A stretch of DNA of 63,788 nt, the filler included, from Olpidium bornovanus S191 (Eukaryota; Fungi; Olpidiomycota): NCBI GenBank assembly GCA_017911155.1. It is 28 parts of 28 records of this genome, joined end to end, with 100 filler letters (N's around TTAATTAATTAA, not from the genome) between each part and the next. Parts side by side here need not be neighbours in the genome. Positions count along the whole stretch, not along the records: positions 23,882 to 25,097 come from JAEFCI010006669.1; positions 25,198 to 26,964 come from JAEFCI010012899.1; positions 27,065 to 28,194 come from JAEFCI010002793.1; positions 28,295 to 29,395 come from JAEFCI010011873.1; positions 29,496 to 31,426 come from JAEFCI010012576.1; positions 31,527 to 34,263 come from JAEFCI010004766.1; positions 34,364 to 36,778 come from JAEFCI010006517.1; 21 more parts are not named here. One strand, 5' to 3'. Numbering within the stretch: position 1 is the stretch's first letter; the number at the start of each line of letters is the position of its first letter. Of this stretch, positions 23,919 through 35,793 are shown piece by piece. The position numbers were made by a program, and so were the translations under genes. Under the pieces are notes generated by a model, which did no database searches, had not been told where the DNA came from, and saw only the letters and a program-made list of their open reading frames with translations.

Positions 23919-25097
23919 TCATTCCGGCGATGTCGTGGACTTCGTCCGGGATTTCCGAGAAGCGTACGCCTTTCTTACCCACGACTTCATGTCCACCGGC
24001 TCGTTCTCGTGCTTCTTGATGAACGCGTGCTCGAGCAGCGCCGCGTACGTTGGTCGAAGCTTGGGATCCTTGCGCAAGCTGGTTTTTTGTTGTGCGTGTC
24101 AAGACAAGCGCCCATCAAACCCCAAATGAATAAAATGAGCGGCCGTGTTATCCAAAACGAACCGCTGAAAAAAAGGCGGAAAAAAAGAAAACGCGAGGGA
24201 CAGAGCGCAGGGGGGGCCACCGACCATTGGCTCACGAAATCTCGGCATTCAAAGGAGTATTTCGCCGGCGACAGTGGCGGCGGCTCGCCCTGGGCAATGG
24301 CGGTGAGCTGCGCAAACACGCTGTCGTACTTATCGGGCGGGTAGGGGTACTCGCCCCGGCCAACCTCCAGGAGCGACAGGCCTAGCGACCACACGTCCGC
24401 CTGCACCGTGTACACGCCGGCCGCGGCAGACGATATGCGCTCTGGCTGAGAAAAAAAAAACGGAAAACAAAAAGAAGAAAAAAGGAAAAAGTTCGAAAAT
24501 CACAGACCATCTTAGCGGCGTCAAGAGCATCGTAACTGTGGGCAAGTCCCGTGGGCGGGTTATAAGGGGCTGCAGAAAGGGCACGGCGCGCGCAGAAAAG
24601 AGGACGACGTACTGCCATATAACTTTGGCATCCGACGTTCGTCCTGGCCAAGCTCTGAATCAGCTGCCCGGAAACGCCAAAGTCGCAGAGCTTCACTTCG
24701 CCCTGAAAGTTTACAAGGACATTCGTTGGTTTCACATCTGCTCGAAAATAAGCCGGCGGCAAATTTGCGTGAGGACATCGATCCGAGCCGGTTCTTCTAG
24801 AGAAAAAAAAAAGAAAAGTGGGAATTTGCGCAGAAAGCAAAATTTCTCTTACCGCGGTGTATGATAGACAGTTTGTCTTTGAGGAATTTTAGTCCGTTCA
24901 CAACCTGGCGGCGCAGTACCGCGAGCATACTGTCAGCAGGAGCTGCCTAAATTTCCCGAGTACAAGTAGCAAAAGGGAGGTGCGATAGTACCGATCCCCC
25001 TTTTCCGCCTACCGCAAATGTAATCTTCGACATCACGTCTTCTGGGACGTTTTCGCCGTATAGCCGGTCTAATGATCCTGCGTCCATTAATTCCATG
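23919..25097 (-). CDS. PBS2: MAP kinase kinase Pbs2/Wis1, C-terminal kinase half, 5 exons, 5' partial
   Basis: [13 protein letters not shown]..|[17 protein letters not shown]|[42 protein letters not shown]|[40 protein letters not shown]..|[18 protein letters not shown]. Confidence 0.92.
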
Positions 25098-25197
25098 NNN
25101 NNNNNNNNNNNNNNNNNNNNNNNNNNNNNNNNNNNNNNNNNTTAATTAATTAANNNNNNNNNNNNNNNNNNNNNNNNNNNNNNNNNNNNNNNNNNNN

Positions 25198-25441
25198 AAA
25201 TCCTCGAAATGCAGCCTCTCCTTGTATGGCCAGGTTCACCACACAAGGTGCAACGCCTGTTGCTTTCTGGTACAAACGGTTGGTTCAGTTCATTTTCTCG
25301 TAGATATCTGTCAGTTCTGGCAAATGAAGTTGGCAAAACGCTCTGAGCAGAGGGCAAAACACCGGGATAAGGTATCGAAACAGCGGGACTACACAGCGAA
25401 ATACTCTGACACATCAGCGATACAGTCTGACAAAGAGGCAA
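25198..25441 (-). CDS. ORF fragment with a CCHC zinc knuckle (transposase- or gag-like, or a cellular gene)
   Basis: CTLCGEPGHTRRGC (25252-25211) fits C-x2-C-x4-H-x4-C exactly. The ORF runs off the contig end. Confidence 0.45.
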
Positions 25442-26462
25442 ATTGTAGTGGAACGTCGAAGTCGGAGTCTATTTGGGTGTGCTCGAGGGCCGACTGGCTA
25501 TATACGTACAGGTCACGTGCCAGTCGACGTCGAGGGGCAAACACTACAATCCTCCCCCTCTACGGAGACGCGCGTCCCCAAGCGGTATCAATCGACGGGA
25601 GACAGAACCGATGACAGAGGGTGGTCGACGAGGGGGCGACCAAGGAGAGAGAAAAGAAAAGAAAGAGAGAAAAGAAGAGAAAAGGAGGCAGAAGGGGAAG
25701 CTAGCCGCACCAAAAACCCAACTCGTCATCTCCTTTTTGCCCGGGAGGGAAAAGCGTACTAGCAGGACGGGAGCTAATCGACGGGGACAACTGGTCAACT
25801 CAAAACGTGTGCTGGTCGATGACGCCTTGGCAGCTGCTCAATGCAAAGTAAGCAGATCGAAAGCAACAAGCGACCAAACATGAATCGACCAGTCATCGAG
25901 GGACGATGATGGGAAGGATGACAACCCAACGAGACGGGAATCCGTGACCACTCTGACATGGGAACTCGAAGGATCAGGTGGCCAAACCGTCACCCGTGAG
26001 ACCCCATCGAACGATGGCTAGTCGTCGATGTGTCATCGTGCAGACGCCGTTTGAGGCGCAACAATGCTCGGAAGACGACGAGCGGGAAATTTCGTGGTGA
26101 GTCGACGGTAGCCGGGGCACCGGGGGTACCGAGGCCACGGGGAGACCAATGCAGCGACATCGAAGTCACGTTCGATGAGCAACATGGCACGGCGTCGATG
26201 GATAATCGTCATCGCTGGCAAAAAGGTACGTGAAGCGCGACCGCAGGTATGGCAGTACACGGGTGATGTTGGGCTCAAATGGTTTCCCCAACCGAGTAGC
26301 CGACAGCAACATTACCAGGAATGAACTGTTACAATTCGTTTTGTTCGCGCTCCCCTCCTCCTTTTACTTTTACTTCCCGCGCAGCACCCCAAAACGAAAT
26401 AAAAAGGGAAAAGGGAAAATAAACGCGACAGGTTATGAGCCCAAGGACGCCCTGCCTGTAAC

Positions 26463-26858
26463 CGCCCTCCGCTGCGCCGCGCGCCCTCCGCTGCGCCGCT
26501 CCGCCGCGCCCTCTGCTGCGCGCCCTCCGCTGCGCGCATCTCCGCTGCGCCTTCCGCTGCGCGCATCTCCGCTGCGCCCTCCGCTGCGCGCATCTCCGCT
26601 GCGCCCTCCGCTGCGCCCTCCGCTGCGCCCTCCGCTGCGCCCTCCGCTGCGCCCTCCGCTGCGCGCTTTTTCGCTGCGCGCCCTCCGCTGCGCGCCCTCC
26701 GCTGCGCGCCCTCCGCTGCGCGCCCTCCGCTGCGCGCCCTCCGCTGCGCGCTTTCCCGCTGCGCGCATCCGCTGCGCGCCCTCCGCTGCGCGCCCTCCGC
26801 TGCGCGCCCTCCGCCGCGCGCCCTCCGCCGCGCGCCCTCCGCGGCGCCCTCCGCTGTG
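26463..26858. repeat. GC-rich minisatellite, ~29 units of 12-15 bp built on CCCTCCGCTGCG(CG)
   Basis: Read directly. Units alternate 12/15 bp in the first half and are mostly 14 bp in the second half. Confidence 0.95.
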
Positions 26859-27064
26859 CCCGATGAGTCCAAGAGCCACCTCTACGACGCCCTCCATGTC
26901 CTCACGAGCTGCGGTCTCGGGGGAAAAAGCTGAGGTCAGGGAGGAACATGCTCAAGCTTCCAGANNNNNNNNNNNNNNNNNNNNNNNNNNNNNNNNNNNN
27001 NNNNNNNNTTAATTAATTAANNNNNNNNNNNNNNNNNNNNNNNNNNNNNNNNNNNNNNNNNNNN

Positions 27065-28194
27065 GCATGGACAGCTCGTCCGGCACAATCTTCTCCAGTC
27101 GCACAGCGAACTCGTTGCCGTTCTCTATCGCGTCGTTCAGGGCGCCCTCAGGCGCGATGACTTCCGCCGCGAGGTTCCCGAGGGCAGGGATGCGGACCGG
27201 GTGGCGGTGCACGCCCGAGACGTACGAGTCGCGCAACCGGATCGACCTCAAATCAGGGACGGCCACGGCGCGGAGGTCGCGGGGGAAGGCGTCGGAGCCG
27301 GCGGCGTCAAGGCGGCGGAACAATTCCAGCGCCCAGGTATGGCGGTTGGGGGACTCGAGCCACTTGTACCGCGTCTCTGCCACCGTTCCGGCCACGCCGA
27401 GGCCGCTCAGCGCGGCTCGGTCGAACGGAAACCTCGCGGGGCCGCCGGAAGACTGCGCCAGAATGTGAGCCTTTATCTGCCAGTGCGACACCATGTCGAA
27501 GTACCGCCGGAGCGGCGACGTCGCGCGCGTGTAGGCGTCCAGACCGAGTTGAAAGTGCCGGCCGGGTTCCACGGAGATCGACGCCTTAGCCATCGTAAAA
27601 ACGAGGTCCCCTCCTTTTTCCAGTATACCTGTTCGCCTGTCCCGGGTTCGGTACACCTCCCGGAGGTCCTTCTCCAACGCAGAGAGCTCGCTGTCCGGCC
27701 GGTCCCAAAATCCTGGATATTCCTGGCGTCGGTACAGGCACGGGATGTCGTGCTTCAAACAATATTCTGCCGTGGCGTACCCCGTCAAAACCATTAGGTC
27801 CGCCACAAGGTCGCGCGCCTGCGAGCAGCCGCTCCCTGCCAGCGTCATTTTAATGATAGGCTCATCGTTTCGGAACGTCGGCCGCTCTGGGCTGAGGTAC
27901 GGTGCTTCCGGGCCGGCCACCTCCACTTTAAACTCGGATTTGCGCAAAGGAAAGGTAAATCCGCCGTTCCGGGTTCGGTGGAGGGTGAATTTGCTAACCT
28001 CCCTCTGAAGCGCCCGCATCAACTTTTTCGGCTGTGGTGTCGCTAAATTTTTAGCCGCTCGAGCAAACGGTTGCGGCTGGCAGGGCGGCCACGTAAATAC
28101 TGGAAGTCGAGCCGAGCCGTCAAATGTCTCGTCCAGGTACGCATCGACTTCGTCATATGTCACCCGCTTCACATTGTGCACAACGGCCGGGCGC
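27065..28194 (-). CDS. RNB-domain 3'-5' exoribonuclease, Dss1/Cyt-4-like (mitochondrial degradosome), internal fragment
   Basis: One open frame across the contig with ARDLVADLMVLTG, IPCLYRRQ and HFQLGLDAYTRATSPLRRYFDMVSHWQIKA (RNase II motif IV). Confidence 0.82.
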
Positions 28195-28925
28195 NNNNNN
28201 NNNNNNNNNNNNNNNNNNNNNNNNNNNNNNNNNNNNNNTTAATTAATTAANNNNNNNNNNNNNNNNNNNNNNNNNNNNNNNNNNNNNNNNNNNNCATGGG
28301 TCCCCCTTCGATGCCACGTGGCACGTGACCGATCGACCCAACACCACATAAATTCCCTTTGCCGTGGTTCGGGTCGGAGGAGAAGCGTTTGCTGTTTATA
28401 GATGTCGCAAAGTGGGGAATCCGATGACGAGCTCTCCCCTTTCGCCTTCATCGCCATCTCTCCCGTAGCTCTCTCCCGCCGCCCTCTCCGACTCCATCCC
28501 GTCTTTCGATCCATCCCTTCGTTCCCGTACCTCCCGCCGCCGCTCCGCCTTCGTCCTTCGCTTGGCCGTGCTCCGTTCCCGTTCCGCTTTGACTTCGGCT
28601 GATGCCGTCGTCGCCCGTGGAAGAGTGTAAATAACTTTCCACCAAAAGCCACCTAAAACCGTTCCTTTACGCGATGTGCAGCCCTGTTGGTTGAAATGTA
28701 TAATGCATTGTCTTTCCTTGCGAGTCCATAATAGAAAAACGCAAAAACGACCGGTAGCAGCAGCTAGTCAACTATGGGGGAATGCACGTTGTGGCAGGGG
28801 GAAATGGAAGAACAGGCAGGGGTGTAAGAGAAAGGCGACGCAATTGTGATGTGTGGCAGCAATTAGGAGTAAGGTGCCCGAAAACAAATACAAAATGACG
28901 AAGAGCAACGTGAACAGAAACTGGC

Positions 28926-29265
28926 TTAGCGTCTGCCGCCGCCGTAATCCTTAAGGATCTCGCGGTGATTTGCCGGGTTCAAGTCTAACCCAGCGACCCT
29001 AGCAGAGCCCCTGCCCTCCAGACATTCGAGTTTTGACACTTTCGCCTTGAGCTGCGTCCGTGTTTTCTCAATCTCAGTGTTGACCGTCTCTTGCTCTGGA
29101 TAACACCGGGGTAAAAGTCAATTACTAGAACAGAAAGATCGCCGCAATTATGTGATCAAAAGCCTCGCTTTTTGCGGCCCGTACCTCGGTCGATCATCTT
29201 CGAGGCAGTCTCCTTCGGGAGTTTGACAAAGATGTCGCCCATCTGGAGCCAGACACGGTCGCAAT
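28926..29265 (-). CDS. PDRG1: PDRG1-like prefoldin-like subunit, last two exons (29265-29185, 29095-28926), 5' partial
   Basis: RVWLQMGDIFVKLPKETASKMIDR|EQETVNTEIEKTRTQLKAKVSKLECLEG..AGLDLNP follows the PDRG1 pattern as I recall it (V.VCFG.MFIK.P..TK.MIEKDQ..LD.EIE.LR..LK.KV..L.E.QG..GFNL.P). Confidence 0.75.
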
Positions 29266-29636
29266 CTTTCGTGGCATGACAGATGAACAGAGCAAGCGCA
29301 GAACGAAAAATTCCATTTTATCGAGATGAGCCACGGTCGACCGGCTGTCAAAAGCTGGCAACAAAAAAAAAATGGGAGAAGCCCACCGAAAAAGANNNNN
29401 NNNNNNNNNNNNNNNNNNNNNNNNNNNNNNNNNNNNNNNTTAATTAATTAANNNNNNNNNNNNNNNNNNNNNNNNNNNNNNNNNNNNNNNNNNNNCATGT
29501 TCGCAAAACCGCATAACGTCATCTTTGAACCGTCCCGTGATATTCGAGTCTGGCGATATGAGACATCGTAATCCGGAAGCGGTTCAAAAGCCTAACAACG
29601 CATAATAAGGGAAGGACATCCCTCGGAATCATTATC

Positions 29637-30888
29637 CTACTCGAGCACGGGCTGTTGGAACTCGAAGGCGACTTCCTTGCCGGTTAGCTTCTTGTAAACC
29701 ACGGAGAACGTGTCGAGCTTGTACTCGAGAGACGTGGAATCCTTGGAGTCGAGGAAGACCTTGATGGCTTTTGAGCCGTCGACGCGGACGCGCGTCCGCT
29801 TGCCGACGATCTCCGAAGGGTAGACGAGGTCCTCGAGGATCGCGTCGTGGACGGCGGTGAGGGTGCGAGAGCGCGGTCGCATCTGCTTCACCCGCGAGCG
29901 GCGCGTCGGCTTGCGCATGATGCGCCGCTGCGCGACGAACAGGACGTGGCGGTCCGAAAACTTCTTCTCAAGCTCGCGGGTGAGACTATTTGGTTCGATT
30001 TGTTTTTTTTTCGTTTTTTCGTTTTTCGTTTTGTTTCGTTCGTTCGGGCGGGCGGGAAAGAGGAAGGGGCCCGAGGGTTTAGGAGAGGGGGAATTTCTCT
30101 CTCCGGCGGCGGCGAACGCGAAAGAAACGAACGGAACGGGCAGCGGCGGAAGAGGCGAAACCTCGCCCCCCCGCCGCCTGCACGCGCGTCGTTTTTTTTT
30201 TTTTTTTTTTTCCGCCGGGCGGCGCCAACTAACCGAGTCTGGACCTTGTGGAACTGCTTAAACTGCGGGACGGGGACGAAGACAACGATGGCCTTCTTGC
30301 TGCCTCCGAGCTCAACCTGGATTCGGTAGAGTTTCGCGGGTTTAGTTGGGGCGGCGCGCGAAACGGGCAATACCGTCCCGAGCGGGACCGTCTCAGTCAA
30401 TCGCGCGCGTCCAGGCGGGTGGTAGCAGTCAGCGGGGCCCGGTAGACCACCGTTGCAGAATACGACCCGGGGCCGTCTACGTGACCGGATTCCCGGAGGG
30501 AGGGGGTGTGGGGGGGGGGGAAGAAAGGACCAGGCGGGCGGCGCGCGCGAATCGAACGAACACAACAACAATTGCGCGCATCGAAGGACACCTCGACGAA
30601 TTTCGGCACCGCCAGCATTGTTTTTTTGCGCTTTTTTCTTTGCCCGTGCAGTCTGAAAACTTTTGTTCCACACCTGGCCGGCAAAACCGCCGGAGCAAGG
30701 AATATTTCGAGGAAGGAAGGAAGGGGGGGGGGGCGCACCTCTTTCGCTGCAGTGAGGTGCAGCGGCCTCAGGTCGGCCCTCAACTCCGGCACGTTCTGCT
30801 CCAGGTCGAATATCGCCTGGGCCACGGCGGTCTCGGTCTGGTCGACGAGCTGGCCGGCGGGCTTGACAATCTTGGAGCGGGCGGACAT
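29637..30888 (-). CDS. RPS7: 40S ribosomal protein eS7, complete; exons 30888-30739, 30316-30234, 29985-29637
   Basis: [21 protein letters not shown]|[21 protein letters not shown]|[52 protein letters not shown]. Confidence 0.98.
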
Positions 30889-30997
30889 GGCGGGCGCGTC
30901 CGGTCTGCGTTCGTTGTTGGGTGGTTCTGGGTTACAGGCGGGGCGGGTTGGCAGCGCGGCCCGGGCCAGTTTGATTTTGGTGAAGGGACGACGATTT

Positions 30998-31030
<33 letters not shown>

Positions 31031-31366
31031 GCCCCCCCCCCAAAAAAAAAAACCCCCCCAAAAACAAAAAAAAAAAAAAAAAAAAATGTTGGCGCCAAAA
31101 ACACACTCTCTTGCCGGCTACCCGCCAAGCCAACAAAGCCAAGACGCTCTGGATCGCCGGTCTCAGAATTCACCAACCGCCCGGGATCCCGCGCTGCTGC
31201 TCTCCGCTGGAAAAACGACTGAGGGCCGACGTTTCCCCCCGATTGGTTCAAAGCCCCCGCGCGCCACGGGAGCCGGGAGCTGCGCCGAAAAAGAGGTTGC
31301 GCGGCTTGCCCTCTCCCGCGACGCCGAAAGAACAAAAAAAAAAATCCCACTTCTACCCTGCACCTC

Positions 31367-31399
<33 letters not shown>

Positions 31400-31526
31400 C
31401 CCCCCCCCTCCCCCCCCCCCAAAAAANNNNNNNNNNNNNNNNNNNNNNNNNNNNNNNNNNNNNNNNNNNNTTAATTAATTAANNNNNNNNNNNNNNNNNN
31501 NNNNNNNNNNNNNNNNNNNNNNNNNN

Positions 31527-31674
31527 AGGCCCCCGCGAACGACAGCCGCGCACAGCGTCCGGCGGCGATCGGGCGGCACAAGCGGACCGGATGCCCGGCG
31601 GACGGGAGCGCGGAGACCGTCAGGGCGGCGGAAGCGAAGAGGACTGCAAAGGTCAAGGCGGTCCCGGGAACCAT
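31527..31674 (-). CDS. 5' end of a putative secreted protein, truncated by contig end
   Basis: A-rich ATG context (AAAAAATG) followed by a signal-peptide-like stretch MVPGTALTFAVLFASAALTVSA-LP. Confidence 0.4.
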
Positions 31675-33513
31675 TTTTTGTTTCCTTCTGCAGGGAAGCT
31701 TGCGTTCGTATTTTTTTTTGTTTTTCTCCTCTTCCTCCCCCTGCTTTTTTGCTCGTTGTCGTTTCCGCGGGAGGACGTGCGGCGGGCGGGTTCGGGGGAT
31801 ATCTGCGTAGGCTTCCCGATTCACACCCGTTTGAAGTCTCGCCGGCTTGCGAATTAAAACATCAGCTCCCGCGTGGATGGGGAGGAATTCGACTCCTTTT
31901 ATGGCGCCATCCGACGGCGGGGCGGGGCGCTTTTGCTCGGCTGTTAACTCGGCGGAGCGCCTTCGTGGGAAAACGGAAAAAAAAAAGTGCGACTGGCCGG
32001 ATTCTCAAATTCAGGTCTCTCGGGAGCCTCCGTTTATCTTCGAGATGCGAAAAAAATGTTGTGCACGATCAAAAGCATGCAGGAGCTTCGGTTTGACTCT
32101 ACCGTTTGGGTGGCTCGGCGATTGCGCTCGTCGGGACGGGGAGGGGGGCGGTGCGGAGAGTGGAGGGGGAAGGGGAAGGGAGAAGGAAGGGAGGCTAGGG
32201 CAAGCTCGGCGGATGTGCCGCCCGCGTTGTCGACGGCGAGAAACCCGATAACGGCGAGGCTTATTTTTTTGCTTTTTTTGTTTGCTTTTTTTTTCTGGCA
32301 TGCGGCGCGGCATGTTTCGCTTTGGGGGGGGAGGGGGAGAGAGGTAGAGGTGGAGGCGCCGGTCGGCCGCAAAGACGCGACGGCAACCGCAGCGAGCCCT
32401 TTCAGGACGGACGTGAAGAGGATATTGGCGCAAGCAGACAGGTTTTGCCAAGCCTGCTTGGCCATCCGTCCAGAATCGCTTGACTAAATCACTCGTTATG
32501 ACGTATCCAAATCGACAATGACGCGTCGTCAGTTATTTGGCGTAAGCGCACCGCAGATCTTATTACGAAACCGTCTCTGGTTGTTTCTCTTATTTTTTTT
32601 TTTTTACGGCGTTGGAAATTATGCTGGCGTGATGGGTGCGCGCGCCGCCGAGCCATTGTGGAAAAGTTTGCGCGACGGCTGGTTTCCGAACGAGCGCGAC
32701 CTGAACAGATTCACGTCTAAAGCGGCGGCGTTAATCGTACGTTTCGTTTTGTGTTCTTGAGTCTCGGGCCAAGGCTTTAAACCACCAAACGCAAAGTTTC
32801 CTGACTCTGGAAACACGAGGAGTACCCCGGGCTCCGCGGGGAGCCCGGGGGAAAGGAAACGTACGGCAAAAATAAAAAAGAAGTCGCCGACGGGAGCCGA
32901 CGGACCCGGATTAACTGAATGAGAACCGCAGCAAGACAGAACGCTGCTGCGGCCAGCGGCCATCGAACAGCATCCCGCGGTCAAGCACTTCGCCGACGGA
33001 CGACGGGGCGCGCCGCGGCCAGGACTCCAAATGCAGCATGCAGTCCTCTGCCGACCAGCTTTCCCGTTCGCCCCCGACATTTGCGCCTGGCGCCCGGTAT
33101 TGCGGGTATGCGCGGAACACCGTTCGTCCCGGCTCAAACGAAAGCACTTCAGCAGCGAGCGCATCAGGTCAACCAAAACGAAAGCGCCGAGAGGTGCTGC
33201 TTTTTTGGGATTGCACGCGGAAATCCAGTAGACGGCCTTCTAGCGGCTCCCATCGGCGGCGCAACCGTCCTGTTCTTCACAGCCGAGGCCTTAACGCACC
33301 TGAATGCCGTTTTTGCGTCGTGCGGCGCCCCCGCTCCGCGCCGTCCCCTCACTCCTCCCGCACACGCCCCTCGCCCGGTCCTCTCCCCGCCATTCCTCGC
33401 CATTCCTCGCCCTCCCACCCCTCCCACAGATGTGAAGTTCCCAAAGTTTCGCCAATCGTCGCGAATAATGTCGTTACAAACGTGATGTTTTCGGAAGGCC
33501 GTCATACATTCAC

Positions 33514-34000
33514 TTATCGCGGAAATAAACTGCCGAAAAAGCCGAAGTATCTTCCAGCGGCCGCCTGATGAAGCGAGACAGCCCCTTGGCCTGGCACGTT
33601 GGGATTCCGTCGCTTTGCATACCGAATCCAATCCTCCAAGCACCCGTGCGTTTCTTCGCCTTTATGAGAAACGCATGCGGAGGCTGCGTGGCGGTTGATA
33701 TTTCCGTCTGGTAAGGCAGAGCGCTGAGATGGACCACGGCGGCCTCCGTCCAACGATATGCTCATACGTTTCAACTGGAGCAGGATACGGAAAACATTTA
33801 GCCAAAATCATCTGTGGGGGGAGGGGGGGTGCGCGTTTTTCATGCGAGGAGTGATGCACCTTTATTGCGCACGCTGCGGCTGAGCGGCCAGGCAGAATCT
33901 TCAGCAATTTCGACCAGCTCGGGCGTTCCTCGATTTTGGTGACGCAGGAAACGAGCTTTTGGACCTCTGCCTCGGACCATTTTGCCGCTTTGCCGATATT
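33514..34000 (-). CDS. Myb/SANT-like domain protein, partial
   Basis: KWSEAEVQKLVSCV....SWSKLLKILPGRSAAACAIK fits one Myb repeat. It is followed by a GTGCAT..CCAG intron and an open terminal exon (33780-33514). Confidence 0.45.
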
Positions 34001-34750
34001 GCTCCTATACTCACCAATATTCGGTACAGGAAAATGGACGCCCCGCGACTTTAAACGTCTGTGGAACTGAGCCACCAATCAGACACCAATTCTTTACCGT
34101 TTCGTATTGCTTACATAACAGTCACGCACCCTTTTACTGCAGGCATGCGCAACACGCGTGCTTCACGGTAGGGCCTCACAAACGTTCTCACGCTCCGGAG
34201 GGCTCAGGGACGGAAGTTGCGCTTCGGTTTTTCCTTTTTTTGTTTTTCGGCAGGTGAAAGGGANNNNNNNNNNNNNNNNNNNNNNNNNNNNNNNNNNNNN
34301 NNNNNNNTTAATTAATTAANNNNNNNNNNNNNNNNNNNNNNNNNNNNNNNNNNNNNNNNNNNNCATGCCCAGCGTAACACTCTTCCATATTGCTGCCACT
34401 CGGGAGACTCCTCCAAAGGTTCCGTTTTACCGTCGAAGATATTACCAAAAATTTACAAGTCTCCTGGGAAGACTCGATTGAATCTCGTTCTGTCCTGCTT
34501 CAACCCGGGCAGTAACTAGGCTCTTAACCCGGCAGTGGATGAACACCGGACTGTTGCTCGGCACGCAAGCGACCGCCGGGCGAAGCTACCTGTTTCCCAC
34601 CCGGGCGCGACGCTGCAGCTGGTCCGACAATTCTTCGATGTACACTTAGACAGTACCTCCGGCCATACTTCTGTGCAGTGCTCCTACTAGGCTTTGGTCC
34701 ACACCATACCGGGTTCACACACTGTTCTATCTGGACAAACTACATCGCAG

Positions 34751-35154
34751 AGCGACAGCTCGAACTAGATGATCAGCCATAACCCTGGGCAAGAGGAGTA
34801 GCCCGGCTGAACGCTCATCAGACTGAAACTGGAGCCCGGCCGGACCAGAAGCGACAGTATGATCCCCTGCATCGATGTTGATAATCCCTCGATCACGTTC
34901 AAGCCGCACATCGTTGCCTCTTCCTCTGTGCACAACAGGACACTGGCCGGCCACTCTGACACGCATACTCTCCGTGATAACGTAGTTTCGTATGCGCTCT
35001 AGCCTGGCATCTGTGAGTGAGACCAATGGGCCCGATATTGGGTATCCGGCCGGACCAGAAGCGACAGCTCGAACTAGATGATCAGCCCTAGCGGGATCCA
35101 GCCTGGGCAAGAGGAGTGGCCCGGCTGAACGCTCATCAGACTGAAACTGGAGCC
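34751..35154. repeat. Modular direct repeat with blocks A, B and C present twice in permuted order
   Basis: A = AGCGACAGCTCGAACTAGATGATCAGCC (~34751, ~35060). B = CCTGGGCAAGAGGAGTRGCCCGGCTGAACGCTCATCAGACTGAAACTGGAGCCC (~34783, ~35102). C = CCGGCCGGACCAGAAGCGACAG (~34836, ~35046). Confidence 0.85.
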
Positions 35155-35687
35155 CTCCATCACGACAACATTGAGGCCAGTTCGAAGGTCATCACACAAC
35201 TGATTAAGGACAGTAAAAGGTTCAAGGGCATGACCAAAGACGAAGTACTGGCCGTCGTTGACAGACTGGAGGACCTCGTTGACGACCACCACTGATGAGT
35301 CCCTCGGACGTCACCCTAAGGTCGACCGTCGGCTCTTGGCACGAGAATTGTGATTGTGATCGTAGATTTAATTAATTGAGAGGTACGAGTCGGGTGACAT
35401 CGGTAGTAGCTTGCAGCCTACGATCTTCGACGCAGCCTTCGCGTCCTCAACACTGACGATGTTCTCTGCTGGATAAGGTGGACATTCGTCAAAGTTCCGA
35501 GGGATGGTCGGCGGTGGGGACCCGTCAAAAGGCCACGGGGCGAGCAGAGCCAAACGTAAAACCGCCAAGGGGCAGCCGGGCAGAAGGAAATAGTCATAGA
35601 TCTCATAAATTTTTCGGGCGGACATGGGCAATGGCGTGCCCAGTGAGGCGGGGCGTAGGATACAAGGGAGGGGGGAGCTGAGCCGTA

Positions 35688-35793
35688 GACGCACTGTGCA
35701 CACCAGCCCGCGTTACCCCTGGCGTAGATTTCTTAGTCGCTGCCATATAAAATAGGGCCAGCGGAAACTAACAAACGCCCCGAATACAGTTCT
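35688..35793 (+). repeat. Dispersed ~105-bp non-coding element, copy 1
   Basis: Collinear with the reverse complement of 53083-53185, including an identical 23-mer ACAAACGCCCCGAATACAGTTCT. Confidence 0.85.

Noticed and set aside
23890-23927. 19-bp tandem duplication over the PBS2 stop codon
   Set aside because: It does not alter the protein and sits at a contig end; trivial slippage or an assembly effect.
30317-30738. Search for an intronic snoRNA in RPS7 intron 1
   Set aside because: No convincing C/D (RTGATGA..CTGA) or H/ACA layout was seen.
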